Shown here piece by piece: positions 38,627-48,673 of a stretch of 64,000 bases of DNA. Below the pieces are notes generated by a model, which did not search any database, had not been told where the DNA came from, and worked only from the letters and a program-made list of their open reading frames with translations. Within the stretch, counting starts at the first letter, position 1, and every line of letters starts with the position of its first letter. The stretch comes from Truepera sp. (lineage in GTDB: Bacteria > Deinococcota > Deinococci > Deinococcales > Trueperaceae): the NCBI GenBank assembly GCA_965218435.1, contig CBDCKW010000009.1, positions 3,712,001-3,776,000 of the forward strand. The letters are read 5' to 3'. Position numbers and translations under genes: made by a program.

Positions 38627-39898
38627 TCAACCTTTCACGCCTCCTGTTGTGTACTGGGCTGTAAGCGCGTTCTGAAAGGCGTAGAAGATAACCAAGATAG
38701 GTAGGCTGCCCAGCACGGCGCTAGCGGCGAGCGTACCCCACTGGGTTGCAAGAGCATTTGAGGCAAGCGCCCTTAAACCTAGTCCCACCGTCCACTTGTC
38801 GTTGCTGGTAATGAGCACGTTCGCCAGCAAAAATTCGCTATACGTGCCGATAAACTGTAAGAGAAAAATGAAGAGCAACATAGGCACGCTGATGGGTAGG
38901 ATAATGCGCCAAAACGCGCCCCAACGGGTTGCGCCGTCAACCATGGCAGCTTCTTCGAGACTCGAGCTGATCGACTCCAAGTATCCCTTAAAAATCCACG
39001 ACGAAAAAGCGATGGCTCCCCCCGAGTAGGCTAGAATGAGGCCCGCGTAGGTGTTTAAGAGACCGAGGTAATTCATCAGGTAAAAAATCGCCACGAGCGC
39101 CATAAAGCTCGGAAACATCTGAGCAAAAACAAATGTGAGCAGTGTTCCGTGCCGACCGCTAAACCTCATCCGCGCAAACGCGTAGCCAGCTGTCGTGCTG
39201 ATAAATACCGCGAACAAGCCCGTGAGTCCTGAAACGAGCAACGTGTTGCGGATGTAAAGCACCATCATGCCGCCGCTCGAGGCGCGGAGCCGCTGACCAC
39301 TCGGGCTAAGCGTGTAAAACTGTCCTGCACCGATACTCAACACGAGCGCCGCTACGAAAAGCAAAGTAGCCCAGCCGCTATAGCTGCGTAGACGCTCCGT
39401 CCAACCCCACCGCTGAACGATGCCTAGCGACAAAAATATGAGTGCAAAGAACAGTGCAAAGCCGATGATAAGCCACTGATAACCGTTGAGGTGTGTGTCA
39501 CCAAGAACCCTTTGATATTGAACCAGCGAGAAATCAGCGGGATTCGGCAGGACACCGGAACGGACGAGCAGATTGCCTTCGCGCGGCGGCACAGTAGCCA
39601 GCGCATTGTTCCGGTTGAACGATACCCCGATGAGATAAATCACCGGGTATAGCGTCGAAAGTACGGCGACCCATAAAAACAGGTGTTTGCAGGCGGTGAC
39701 GGCGTAATTCACAGCCTTGCGTGGCTTGGTGGCGCGCCCATACAGATAAGAGGCTAAAGCGACCACCCCTGTGACCAGGACGAACCCGGCTAAAAACCAG
39801 GCCCAGCCGTTGGGAACGACGATGAACCGGCCCGCCGTCTCCTGCTGCGCGGCAGCGTAAGAAAGCGACAGGACTATCAGAACAGCAAAGCGCCTCAT
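38627..39898 (-). CDS. Sugar ABC transporter permease (MalG/GanQ-like)
   Basis: EAA loop LEEAAMVDGA, AGYAFAR, QMFP, GGVKG end. Confidence 0.93.
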   Translation of the reverse strand: MRRFAVLIVLSLSYAAAQQETAGRFIVVPNGWAWFLAGFVLVTGVVALASYLYGRATKPRKAVNYAVTACKHLFLWVAVLSTLYPVIYLIGVSFNRNNALATVPPREGNLLVRSGVLPNPADFSLVQYQRVLGDTHLNGYQWLIIGFALFFALIFLSLGIVQRWGWTERLRSYSGWATLLFVAALVLSIGAGQFYTLSPSGQRLRASSGGMMVLYIRNTLLVSGLTGLFAVFISTTAGYAFARMRFSGRHGTLLTFVFAQMFPSFMALVAIFYLMNYLGLLNTYAGLILAYSGGAIAFSSWIFKGYLESISSSLEEAAMVDGATRWGAFWRIILPISVPMLLFIFLLQFIGTYSEFLLANVLITSNDKWTVGLGLRALASNALATQWGTLAASAVLGSLPILVIFYAFQNALTAQYTTGGVKG

Positions 39899-41499
39899 AC
39901 GTTAGGTTCCTCCTTGAGCGCCCCGGTGACGCGGAAGTTGATCAGGCTCACGGCCAGCGTAATGACGAAAATCAAGATGGAGATGGCCGAACTCAGCCCG
40001 TAAGCGAAGCCACCTTGTGAGCGGAACGCCTCGTTGTAGGCCCATGAGATTAAGATATCGGTCGCCCTCGCGGTCGAAGTACCCCCCGCGTAGGCGGGCC
40101 CGCCGTCGGTAAGCAAAAAGATCACATTGAAGTTATTAAAGCCGACGGCAAAACTGGTCAGGGCGATAGGCACGAGTGCGTTACGCAGTAGCGGCGAGGT
40201 AACGCTCCAAAAGCTCTGCCAAGCTGAGGCCCCGTCGATACGCGCAGCCTCGTAAAGTTCGCTGGGGATGGCCGAAAGTGCGCTCAACGTGGCTGTCATC
40301 ATAAACGGGAAGCTGAGCCATAAGTTGACGAGCAGCACCGCTGCTTTCGCTGCCGTCGGGTCGCCCAGCCAGTTGATAACCGGCAGGTCAAAGAGGGCAA
40401 AAAGGCGGTTGATTGCGCCGAAGTTGTAGTTGAATAACCCACGCCAAATCTGAATGGTGATAACCGCCGGGAGCGCCCAGGGAATAATCAGCAGGGTGCG
40501 GTAGAGGTTTCGCAGCCGCAGTTCCGGGTCGTTGAGAAGCACGGCCAAAAAGACGCCGACGATGATATTGATAACGACTGTAAGAGTGGCAAAAGAAAGA
40601 TTCCAGACAAATATCGGTAGCAGCGAACGGCTCGCCTGAGCTAAAATCGTACGAAAGTTGTTCAGCCCGACCCAGCTAAAATCGTTGTAGCGGGTGACTG
40701 AGGTATACGTCAACCCTTCAGGGAGCGGCGCGCTCAGCGTTAAGGTGTCGCCCTCAACTGAGGTAACGCGGCGTTCGAGCCCAACCCCTGCGAGCGTCAG
40801 CGCCACAGTATCTAAATTGACCTCGCCGGGAGGCGTGCGGCCCAAGGTGAGCTGATTGCCGTCCACCGCCGTAACTGGGAACTGTGCGCGGATACCGAAC
40901 TCGGACAGCTCGAGTTCGGCGGCGCTGACTGCGCGCCCTGCTGGTGGTGCCGGGTCAACAGTCAGCGTGTCCCCCTCGAGGCTCACCCCACGGGTAGGAA
41001 AGGCACCGGCTGCTGTAAGCCTCACCCGTACGCCGTCACAGCCCCGGTAGAGGGCGTCACAGCGGAGCGATTCGGCGGATTCAAGCTGAACACTCGAGCC
41101 TTGAGCGGTAGTGATCGCCGTTTCTGTGGTCGGGTTGAGCTGCGTATTACGGTTCCCGGCATAATCGGTAAAGGCCAAAAAGATTGTGAGACCGACCGGC
41201 ATAATTGTAAAAGTAAGTAAGAACAGCAGCGACGGCAGCAGGTAGTACCACGGCATGATCCAAACAAAACGCCGCGCGACCCAGGCAAGCACCAGAACGA
41301 GCGCCAGTACGCCGATGATCAACCCCACATAGACAGGAGTGGCCGGGAGCAGCTGCTGGAGTAGCCAGGTACCTAGTACGGCGACCCCACTGGCAACAGC
41401 TAAAGCTGCGAATAAAAGCCCGATGGACGCCCAAAAGCTTGCGTGCGTGCCTCGAACTTTCTTGGGCAGATAATCCTTGGGAGACCGGGAAATGTCGAT
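39895..41499 (-). CDS. Sugar ABC transporter permease (MalF/GanP-like); start ATC 41499 or GTG 41328
   Basis: LYEAARIDGA, LIIPWALP, NFNVI, TDILI. The frame is open 57 codons upstream of the GTG, to an ATC 6 nt after AAAGGAG. Confidence 0.88.
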   Translation of the reverse strand: MDISRSPKDYLPKKVRGTHASFWASIGLLFAALAVASGVAVLGTWLLQQLLPATPVYVGLIIGVLALVLVLAWVARRFVWIMPWYYLLPSLLFLLTFTIMPVGLTIFLAFTDYAGNRNTQLNPTTETAITTAQGSSVQLESAESLRCDALYRGCDGVRVRLTAAGAFPTRGVSLEGDTLTVDPAPPAGRAVSAAELELSEFGIRAQFPVTAVDGNQLTLGRTPPGEVNLDTVALTLAGVGLERRVTSVEGDTLTLSAPLPEGLTYTSVTRYNDFSWVGLNNFRTILAQASRSLLPIFVWNLSFATLTVVINIIVGVFLAVLLNDPELRLRNLYRTLLIIPWALPAVITIQIWRGLFNYNFGAINRLFALFDLPVINWLGDPTAAKAAVLLVNLWLSFPFMMTATLSALSAIPSELYEAARIDGASAWQSFWSVTSPLLRNALVPIALTSFAVGFNNFNVIFLLTDGGPAYAGGTSTARATDILISWAYNEAFRSQGGFAYGLSSAISILIFVITLAVSLINFRVTGALKEEPNV

Positions 41500-41606
41500 G
41501 CTGAACTCCTTTCTGGTTTTGTCGTGTCAAACGTTGCCTGAGAAAGCCGCGAGAGCGGGAACCTCTCGCAGCTTCGTGTCCTCTGTTTCGTCAATAACTG
41601 CAGTGC

Positions 41607-42800
41607 TTATTCGCTGCCGCGAATTTCGCTGACGGCGTTTTGCAAGATGGTTGGAATGTCCGAGTCGGGGCTCTCGAGAATCAGCGAGAAAGCGGTCTGC
41701 ATCGGCGTCCACACTGCGCCCATCTCCGGAATGTTCGGCATCGGCTCACCATCCGCGAGCGCCTCGGCAAAACCGGCGATCACCGGGTCGTCCGACACCT
41801 GCTCAGCGGCGCTTTGCGAAGCGGGAATGCGTCCGCCCGCTTTTGATAAGCCGACCTGCGCGTCGGCCCGGATCAGCCATTTGGCGAGGTTGGCGGCCTC
41901 GAGCTTATTGTCTGAAAATTCGTTCAGGACGACGCCTTGCACGCCGATAAAACCGGGGTAGTCGGTACCATCTTTGCTCGGCGGAATCGGCATCACAGCT
42001 AAGTTGATGCCCGCAGCGAGGTAATCGGGAATCGCCCAGGGACCGTTGACAACCATTGCGGCAGCTCCCTCTAAAAACTGACCGTGCATGACGTCATAAC
42101 TCACGCCCGGCGGAATCAGGTTGGTGTCGTAACGGAGGCTGCGAACAAGTTCGGCACCCCGCACCGCCCCTTCGTTAGCGAGCCCGATGTCTGAGGGGTC
42201 GAGATTCCCCTGGGCGTCACGACCGAAGACGTAGCCGCCCGAACCCCGCATGTAACCGAAGTTGTGATAAAACGTGTCGCCGTCTTGCACCTGTAAAAAC
42301 CCGTAGGTGTCGTTAGTCGTTAATTTCCGGGCTGTAGCGATCAGTGCTTCAAAGGTGTCGGGGCCTTCGGGAACGAGGTCGCGGTTGACGATAAGCGCGG
42401 GGCCGTCTACGTACATCGGCAAGCCGTAAAGCTGACCGTTCAAGGTAAACGCGAGGCGAGACTGCTCGGTGAGGTCTTCGAGGTACTCAGGTGTAGCAAA
42501 CTGCTCCATGCTGGCGAGCACCCCGCCCTCGGCAAGCTGTCCGAGCTGGTCATGGGGGATCGTCACCACAAGGTCGGGGCCTTGACCTTCCGGGGCATTG
42601 AGGAGAAGGTTTTGTACCATTTCGTTGACCGGTACATACACGAGTTCAACTTTTGTGCCGAAAGCCGCTTGAAAAGCAGCGACTTCGCCCTCGAGCCACG
42701 CCAGACTTTCATCTTGAAAGTGCGTCCACACCGTCAGACTCTGGGCCTGCGTGACGCCCAAGGTCAGGGCGAGAGTTAAAAGAATCAGCAAACGTTTCAT
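41607..42800 (-). CDS. Sugar ABC transporter substrate-binding protein (MalE/GanS-like)
   Basis: Signal peptide, GPDL...HDQLG, YGLP, NGPW, PMPNIPEMGAVW. Confidence 0.93.
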   Translation of the reverse strand: MKRLLILLTLALTLGVTQAQSLTVWTHFQDESLAWLEGEVAAFQAAFGTKVELVYVPVNEMVQNLLLNAPEGQGPDLVVTIPHDQLGQLAEGGVLASMEQFATPEYLEDLTEQSRLAFTLNGQLYGLPMYVDGPALIVNRDLVPEGPDTFEALIATARKLTTNDTYGFLQVQDGDTFYHNFGYMRGSGGYVFGRDAQGNLDPSDIGLANEGAVRGAELVRSLRYDTNLIPPGVSYDVMHGQFLEGAAAMVVNGPWAIPDYLAAGINLAVMPIPPSKDGTDYPGFIGVQGVVLNEFSDNKLEAANLAKWLIRADAQVGLSKAGGRIPASQSAAEQVSDDPVIAGFAEALADGEPMPNIPEMGAVWTPMQTAFSLILESPDSDIPTILQNAVSEIRGSE

Positions 42801-42809
42801 AAATCTCCT

Positions 42810-43923
42810 TTATCTATGCTTAAGTGGCGCACCGAGCGCCGACAGCGAAGAGAGCGCGTTGCCTTCAAAATCGAATAAGGCTTGGTTGTCCCAGGCGTTG
42901 CCTTCTCCTGAGCGCCAACCGGCACCCTCAACCGGAATCCAGGTAGGTTCCCAGTAAAAGACGCCTAACCCCCTGCCACCGGGTACGTTTTGAACAACTT
43001 CTCTAAGGTCTCTTAAAAAGTCCGCTTGACCCGCCACGGTCGCGGGGTAACCCCCGGCAGCCTGCTGTTCGGCCCCGAAGATGTTCGGGTAGCCGTCACC
43101 ATCCTCAAGCGTAAAAGCGTAGGCCGTCTCGACGACCACCACATCTTTGTCGTAGTGCTCGCTGATGTCTGCCATATTTGCAGCGAGCTGCTCTAGGGTG
43201 CCGTGCCAGTAAGGATAAAAAGAAAGTCCGATCACGTCGAAGTCGGTAATGCCGCGCTTCGTGATCTCGCCAAACCACCAGCGGTAAAGACCGTTGTCGC
43301 CACCGTCGGCTAAATGCAACATGATCTTGACTTTAGGTCCGGCAACGTCTCTTACACCGTTTATCCCTGCACGCAAGAGCGGCGCGAGCCTATCAAACCC
43401 ACCGGAGCCTTCGCCCCAGGTTTTGCCGTCGGGCCACAACATACCGCTATTGAGCTCGTTGCCGATCTGCACCATCTCGGGTAGCGCGTGCGCCTTTTTA
43501 AGTGCTCGCATGGTCTCGGCCGTGTGGTCGTAGACGGCTTTCTCGAGCTCTGCGGGACTAAGTCCGACCCACGCCGTAGGTTTGTCTTGGCGTCCGGGGT
43601 CGGCCCAGAAGTTCGAGCTCGACAGTCTGAGAGAGATCGTTGTAACCGTCTACATCTACCGGGTCTTTCCAAATTTTAAGCCGCACGTAGTTGACGCCGT
43701 GACGCCGCAAGATGACGAGCGGGTCTTTACGTTTTCCCTTGTCGTAAAAGGTGCCGCCGTTATCTTCTACCTTTTTCAAGGTCGAGATGTCCGCTCCCCG
43801 AATCGTCTGACCGTAGGGGACATTTTGGACTGTAAGCTGTGGGATATCTGTAGCCGTCACGTCAGCGCAACCGACGAGCGTTAATAAAGTCAGTCCCATC
43901 ATGGCAACAACGATGTTCCGCAT
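42810..43923 (-). pseudogene. GH53 arabinogalactan endo-beta-1,4-galactanase lipoprotein, internal deletion and frameshift
   Basis: Frame 1: lipobox LVGC, GADIS, NYVRLKIW.DP...GYNDL. At about 43615 it switches frame to SNFWADPGRQDKP.AW...VQIGNE...ETAY...FYWEP...NQALFD. The conserved segment ending DFHY is missing. Confidence 0.9.
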
Positions 43924-44036
43924 GACTAGATCTCCTCACAATGCTGACCAGAGCGCGAACTTGAACCATCTATCATAATTTCTCCTTTTCGCCCTTTGAT
44001 GAGGGGCGTATCGTTCCAAAAGTTTGCTTCGACTCG

Positions 44037-44076
44037 AGTATAGATGTTTTTCAACGTGTAGTCAACACGCGTCGAT
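44037..44076 (-). promoter_or_regulatory. Sigma70 promoter with LacI-type operator over the -35
   Basis: TTGACT-17-TATACT; operator gtcaacacgcgtcgat (44061-44076). Confidence 0.75.
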
Positions 44077-44083
44077 AGTTCAA

Positions 44084-46114
44084 TTATGTGATGCTCTTCT
44101 CTACCGCAATCCGCAACGTCTTAACTTCATAAGGGTGTAGCTCGAGCCCAGCACCCGCTGCCGCACGCTGATACCGCCCCAGCAAAGGCAGCGTTTGAAC
44201 TACGTCACTAAAGTTCATAATGAACACCATCTCAACGTCTTCGGCGCGCCGAACGGACACCGAAACCCCCACGGGCAGCCCCCACCGTTCAATTCCGCAA
44301 CGTTCCATCAGCTTGGCGTAAAAGTCGAACAAAAAGTCGGTGCCGAACCTCGTCGCCAGATAAAAAGCGCGCCCCGCCCCGTGTCGGTTGAGTGTCAGCG
44401 CAGGTGAACCCTTGTAGAACTCCCTAGCAAAAACTCCGAGCGGCTGAGCTGTCTCCAACCTGATGATGTCGGCTATGTGCCGGGTTTCGTAGCAGCCTGC
44501 CAGCGCAAACGCCGCGTCCGCTAGGGTTACCTCCTGGCGCTGGTTCTCGTAAAGATTATCAGTCTCCTCGACCCAAAGCCCAAGAGTACAGCGAAAGGGA
44601 TCAGGGAAGCCGCCCGGAAAGGCAAGGTCACTGTCACCCACCATTCCCGAGGTGTGCGTCGTGATGAGAGTACCCCCTGCCTGGACGAACGCCTCGAGCC
44701 GTTCAGCAACACCTGCCCGTAACATGTAGAGCATGGGCGCAATGACCACCCGGTACCCTCCAAAATTACTCTCAGAAGAGATGATATCTGTCGCCACGCC
44801 CTGCCGCCAGAGTGCTTCGTGATGCTCACGGCAGCAGGCTTGATAACCTTTCGCTTCGTTCTGCGGGAGCTGCGCATGGTTTAAGGCCCATTCGTTCTGA
44901 AAATCGTAGATGATGGCGACTTCAGCTTGAACTTCAGCGTCAACCACGTCGGCTAGTGTCTCGAGCTTGGCACCGACCTTGGCAACCTCGCGGAACACAC
45001 GTATGTCTTGTGTATTTAGGTGAGAGACAACCGCCCCGTGGTACTTCTCTTCACCGCCGCGGCTCTGCCGCCACTGAAAATATTGAACCGTGTTCGAGCC
45101 GTGGGCAACCGCCTGAAGCGAACTCAGCAGATGCATACCGGGGCGTTTTGGTCGGCTGATGCCCTGCCAGTTCGTGACCGATGGGGTTGATTCCATCAGC
45201 ATAAATGGCCCGCGTTTATAGGAGCGGTGGAGATCGTGATAAAAGGCCGTCTGTGCCGCCGTCCCCGCGTCGCCGGAAGGCTGGTGCCAACGCGGATACG
45301 AGTCCCACGAGACAATATCGATGTGTGGCGCAAACGCCCAATAGTCGAGCCCGACGTCCGGTTGCATAAAGTTCGTTGTGACGGGTACGCCAGGTGTAAT
45401 GTCACGGAGCGGCGTTGACTCGGCAATAAAAAAGTCCAGCGTTTGGTCGCTGGTAAACCGCTGCCAGTCGAGCATCAAGCCTTGAACGGACGGATCGACA
45501 GGTTTGATCTGCTCCCAAGCCGTATAGCGGTGGCTCCAGAACGTCGTCCACCAGGCGTGGTTGAGGGTCTCGAGGTCGCCGTAGCGTGCCTGCAACCAAG
45601 CTTGAAACGCTGTGTAACAAAGTGAGCAGTGACAGGCTCCGGCACCATACTCGTTGGAAACGTGCCACATTAAAAGCGCGGGGTGATCTGCGTAGCGTTC
45701 TGCTAGCAGCGTGTTGATGGTTCGGCATTTTTCTCGGTAAACCGGCGAGGTGCGGCAGTGGTTGTGCCGCCCCGCGTGCGGCGCACGAACTCCGGCGGCG
45801 TTCACCTGCCGCACTTCCGGGTAAGCCTCGGAGAGCCACACCGGACGTGCGCCGCTAGGGGTTGCCAGCAGCGCGTGGATGTCTTGCTCTGCAAGTGTAT
45901 CCATTAGCTCGTCGAGCCAGCTGAACTCATAGCGGCCTTCTTTAGGCTCGAGCTTCGACCAGGCGAAGATGCCGATGCTCAGCGCGTTAATGCCCGCAGC
46001 TTTCATCAGTTCAAAGTCAGCTTGTAAAACTTCCGGGTACTCGAGCCACTGCTCGTAGTTATAATCCGCACCGTGTAGGAGCGTAGGAAGGCGAAATGGT
46101 TTCGGGTCAGGCAT
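44084..46114 (-). CDS. GH42 beta-galactosidase
   Basis: GADYNYEQW, GIFAWSKLEP, LATPSGARP, WHVSNEY, TTNFM, SWDSYP, LMESTP, EKYHGA. Confidence 0.96.
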   Translation of the reverse strand: MPDPKPFRLPTLLHGADYNYEQWLEYPEVLQADFELMKAAGINALSIGIFAWSKLEPKEGRYEFSWLDELMDTLAEQDIHALLATPSGARPVWLSEAYPEVRQVNAAGVRAPHAGRHNHCRTSPVYREKCRTINTLLAERYADHPALLMWHVSNEYGAGACHCSLCYTAFQAWLQARYGDLETLNHAWWTTFWSHRYTAWEQIKPVDPSVQGLMLDWQRFTSDQTLDFFIAESTPLRDITPGVPVTTNFMQPDVGLDYWAFAPHIDIVSWDSYPRWHQPSGDAGTAAQTAFYHDLHRSYKRGPFMLMESTPSVTNWQGISRPKRPGMHLLSSLQAVAHGSNTVQYFQWRQSRGGEEKYHGAVVSHLNTQDIRVFREVAKVGAKLETLADVVDAEVQAEVAIIYDFQNEWALNHAQLPQNEAKGYQACCREHHEALWRQGVATDIISSESNFGGYRVVIAPMLYMLRAGVAERLEAFVQAGGTLITTHTSGMVGDSDLAFPGGFPDPFRCTLGLWVEETDNLYENQRQEVTLADAAFALAGCYETRHIADIIRLETAQPLGVFAREFYKGSPALTLNRHGAGRAFYLATRFGTDFLFDFYAKLMERCGIERWGLPVGVSVSVRRAEDVEMVFIMNFSDVVQTLPLLGRYQRAAAGAGLELHPYEVKTLRIAVEKSIT

Positions 46115-46164
46115 ATAAATAACTCCTCTGGGGTCAGTCGGGGAACTTAAAAGACTATTTGCTG

Positions 46165-46204
46165 AGCATAGAAGAGTTATGGCGTGCTGTCAACACGCGT
46201 TGAT
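46165..46204 (-). promoter_or_regulatory. Sigma70 promoter with LacI-type operator over the -35
   Basis: TTGACA-17-TATGCT; operator gtcaacacgcgttgat (46189-46204). Confidence 0.8.
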
Positions 46205-46223
46205 TAATGAAACTGAGTACCGC

Positions 46224-47288
46224 TTAGCTTGTGTGTATCTTGTCGGGCTTCGAACTATGTGCCCCACATGAGTCACGAACGACCAGGTGTGTCGGCAACG
46301 TGACAAGAACCGGCGAGGACGCAACCGGCTCTACTAGCATTCTGACTGCTTGCTGCCCCAATTCTCGTTTGGGAACGTTGACCGTCGTCAGACCGGGCGA
46401 AGCAAATTCGGAAAGGTCGATATTGTCAATGCTCACGAGCGCGACATCTTCAGGAACCTTGAGCGTTTGTCGCCGAAAGCACTTCAAAATACCAAAGGCA
46501 ACCTCGTCGGTACCTGCAACTACAGCAGTGACACCTGTGGCACTAAATTGCGCCGCTGTTTGTTCAAAACCCGTATGTGCGTCGTCGGCTTCGGCAATAA
46601 ATTTCGGGCTGAGGTCGGCGTCGCTTAAGGCGGCGCGGAAACCTTGAATGCGCTGGTCTTTAGGCCCGATGTACGCCAAAGAACGATGTCCCAAGTTTAG
46701 CAGGTGGTTGGTCGCCTCTAAAGCTGCGCGGTGCCGGTCAAAGTTGACTGACGGTAAATCTTCACGCTGCCACTCGAGGCAGACAGCTCTATCTACTCGT
46801 TCGACAATCTGTTGGAAAAGCTGATCATCCGGCTCACCGTGTAATACTTGGTCAAGCGCCAGGAAGATAAGACCCGATACCTCCTGCTTATGGACAATTT
46901 GATTGAGGAGCGCCGGATTTCGGAGCGCCTCAAAGAGTCTGATAAAGCGGATGTGGTAGTTGCGCCGATGTGCCTCTTCGTGGATACCCGCCAAAATCTC
47001 CCCGTAATAGGGACGCTTAAACATGTTAACGCTGCTGATGATGACCCCGAGCTGATCGGCGGCAACCGAGTCCCACTTTTCCTGCATCAGCATTTGGGCA
47101 TGTTTGTTGGGACGGTAACCGAGTTCCTGAATTGCGTCTAAAACCCGGTTTCTTGTCTCCTCTGAGACGGACCTCGGTCCATTGTTGATGACATACGAAA
47201 CGATAGAGCGCGACACTTTAGCTAAACGCGCTACATCTGCCTGAGTAACTTGTCTTTGCCGAGTGCGTTCTGTAGGAGATGAGTTCAT
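46224..47288 (-). CDS. LacI family transcriptional regulator
   Basis: TQADVARLAKVSRSIVSYVIN, LGYRPN, LGHR, VPEDVALVSIDN, LTTV. Confidence 0.95.
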   Translation of the reverse strand: MNSSPTERTRQRQVTQADVARLAKVSRSIVSYVINNGPRSVSEETRNRVLDAIQELGYRPNKHAQMLMQEKWDSVAADQLGVIISSVNMFKRPYYGEILAGIHEEAHRRNYHIRFIRLFEALRNPALLNQIVHKQEVSGLIFLALDQVLHGEPDDQLFQQIVERVDRAVCLEWQREDLPSVNFDRHRAALEATNHLLNLGHRSLAYIGPKDQRIQGFRAALSDADLSPKFIAEADDAHTGFEQTAAQFSATGVTAVVAGTDEVAFGILKCFRRQTLKVPEDVALVSIDNIDLSEFASPGLTTVNVPKRELGQQAVRMLVEPVASSPVLVTLPTHLVVRDSCGAHSSKPDKIHTS

Positions 47289-47470
47289 TAGAAAACAGTC
47301 TAAAATGTTTCTTCGCTGTGCCTATGAAATTGGTTTGAAAAAATGAGTGCTGAGAGATGACTTGTATGCGGTCGTTGAGCGCATTGACCGCCATAGCAAA
47401 GGTTTAAGAACGTCAAAGATATGGTTGCCCTTTTCTTGACCTCGAGACACCCGAAAGCCTTGTGTCCCTG

Positions 47471-47638
47471 CTACCGCTCGGCTTCTAAAGGCGCTTGGGC
47501 GGCGGGATCGTACGTCTCCCCGTCTTCTTCAACGACCGGATCGTCTGAAATCTCCTCGTCTATCTCCTCAACTTCTTGGTCGTCTCGTTCGTCGTCGTTT
47601 GTCCTATCTTCGTCATCTGTACGAACAGCGTCACGCAT
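47471..47638 (-). CDS. 55-aa highly acidic small protein
   Basis: AGGAG RBS 6 nt before ATG. MRDAVRTDDEDRTNDDERDDQEVEEIDEEISDDPVVEEDGETYDPAAQAPLEAER, 25/55 Asp+Glu. Confidence 0.7.
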   Translation of the reverse strand: MRDAVRTDDEDRTNDDERDDQEVEEIDEEISDDPVVEEDGETYDPAAQAPLEAER

Positions 47639-47777
47639 GGGTTTCTCCTAATCGCTATCTATTTTTACTCGAGCTTGATGCGCCTGGCAAAAAGTATAGC
47701 CGTTGCGCTTAAGCCTAAATCAAGTTTAGCTTAGGGGCTTGGGCCTCCCCATCGTCCGCCAGTATTTGAACCTTTGA

Positions 47778-48536
47778 CTAAAAGACGCCCTGCGCCCTGA
47801 GCAGCAGATAAAGCCCTACCGCGACAGCAGCGTAAAGGAGCCACTTACGGTATTTGGCAGCTTGGGTTCCGGCAAACGACTTCACTACGACCCGCGCCTC
47901 TTCGCTGTCGCGCCGCCTCGAGACCTTTTGTGCGCGCCGGATCGAAGCGACGCTTTTACTGACCTGCCCTTTACGGCGGTACGCCACGCCTAAATTATGG
48001 TGCGCGTTGGGGAAGCTTTCGTTCAGACGGATCGCCCGTTCGTAAAGCGCGATAGCTTCGTCCGTGCGGCCTTCCTCGAGCAGCAGATTACCTAAATTGG
48101 TCAGCGCCCGGTAGTGTTTAGGGTCAAGCTCGGCGGCGTGCTTAAAGGCGGTTTCGGCACGTCCCGTCTCGCCTAAAAAGACGTAGGCGGTGCCGCGCTG
48201 GGTTTCGTGCTCGGCCGCTAACAGGGGCGTGACGGGTTGCCCTAAGAGCGCGAGTGCTGCTTCGGCTTCACCGCGTCCCAAATGCGCCCCACTTTTTTCT
48301 AAAACTGCGACGCCTTGACGAAAAGGCCCCGGTTCAAAACCGCTTACCGGTCCCAGAGCGGAAGCGAGTTTAACCGCCTGTGGGTAACGTTTTTCGCGGA
48401 GACGCTCGAGCACCTCATCTACCCTTCGCAGGAGTGTCAGCATGTCTGGATCGGGGTCTGCCCGGGCGAGTTCAGCGGCTAGCGCACCGCTCAGCTGGCC
48501 CTCTTGCAGATAAAGCAAACTCTCTTGACGTGTCAC
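47778..48536 (-). CDS. Tetratricopeptide-repeat protein with C-terminal membrane anchor
   Basis: DPKHYRALTNLGNLL, AHHNLGVAY; terminal TM helix. Confidence 0.9.
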   Translation of the reverse strand: MTRQESLLYLQEGQLSGALAAELARADPDPDMLTLLRRVDEVLERLREKRYPQAVKLASALGPVSGFEPGPFRQGVAVLEKSGAHLGRGEAEAALALLGQPVTPLLAAEHETQRGTAYVFLGETGRAETAFKHAAELDPKHYRALTNLGNLLLEEGRTDEAIALYERAIRLNESFPNAHHNLGVAYRRKGQVSKSVASIRRAQKVSRRRDSEEARVVVKSFAGTQAAKYRKWLLYAAVAVGLYLLLRAQGVF

Positions 48537-48673
48537 CTCCTGAGTATAGTCCCAGGCACAGCGGGCCGGGTATAGCGGGCGCGTATTAAGGAATAAATCT
48601 CCCTTTTGCTCTCACGCACGCGCCGTATACTTAAACAGGTGAACCCCAAGGGTACACTTTTTTTGGAGGCACT

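Noticed and set aside
38306..38664. Short ORFs between htrA and the ABC permease
   Set aside because: They overlap a terminator or gene ends, have atypical composition and lack an RBS or motifs
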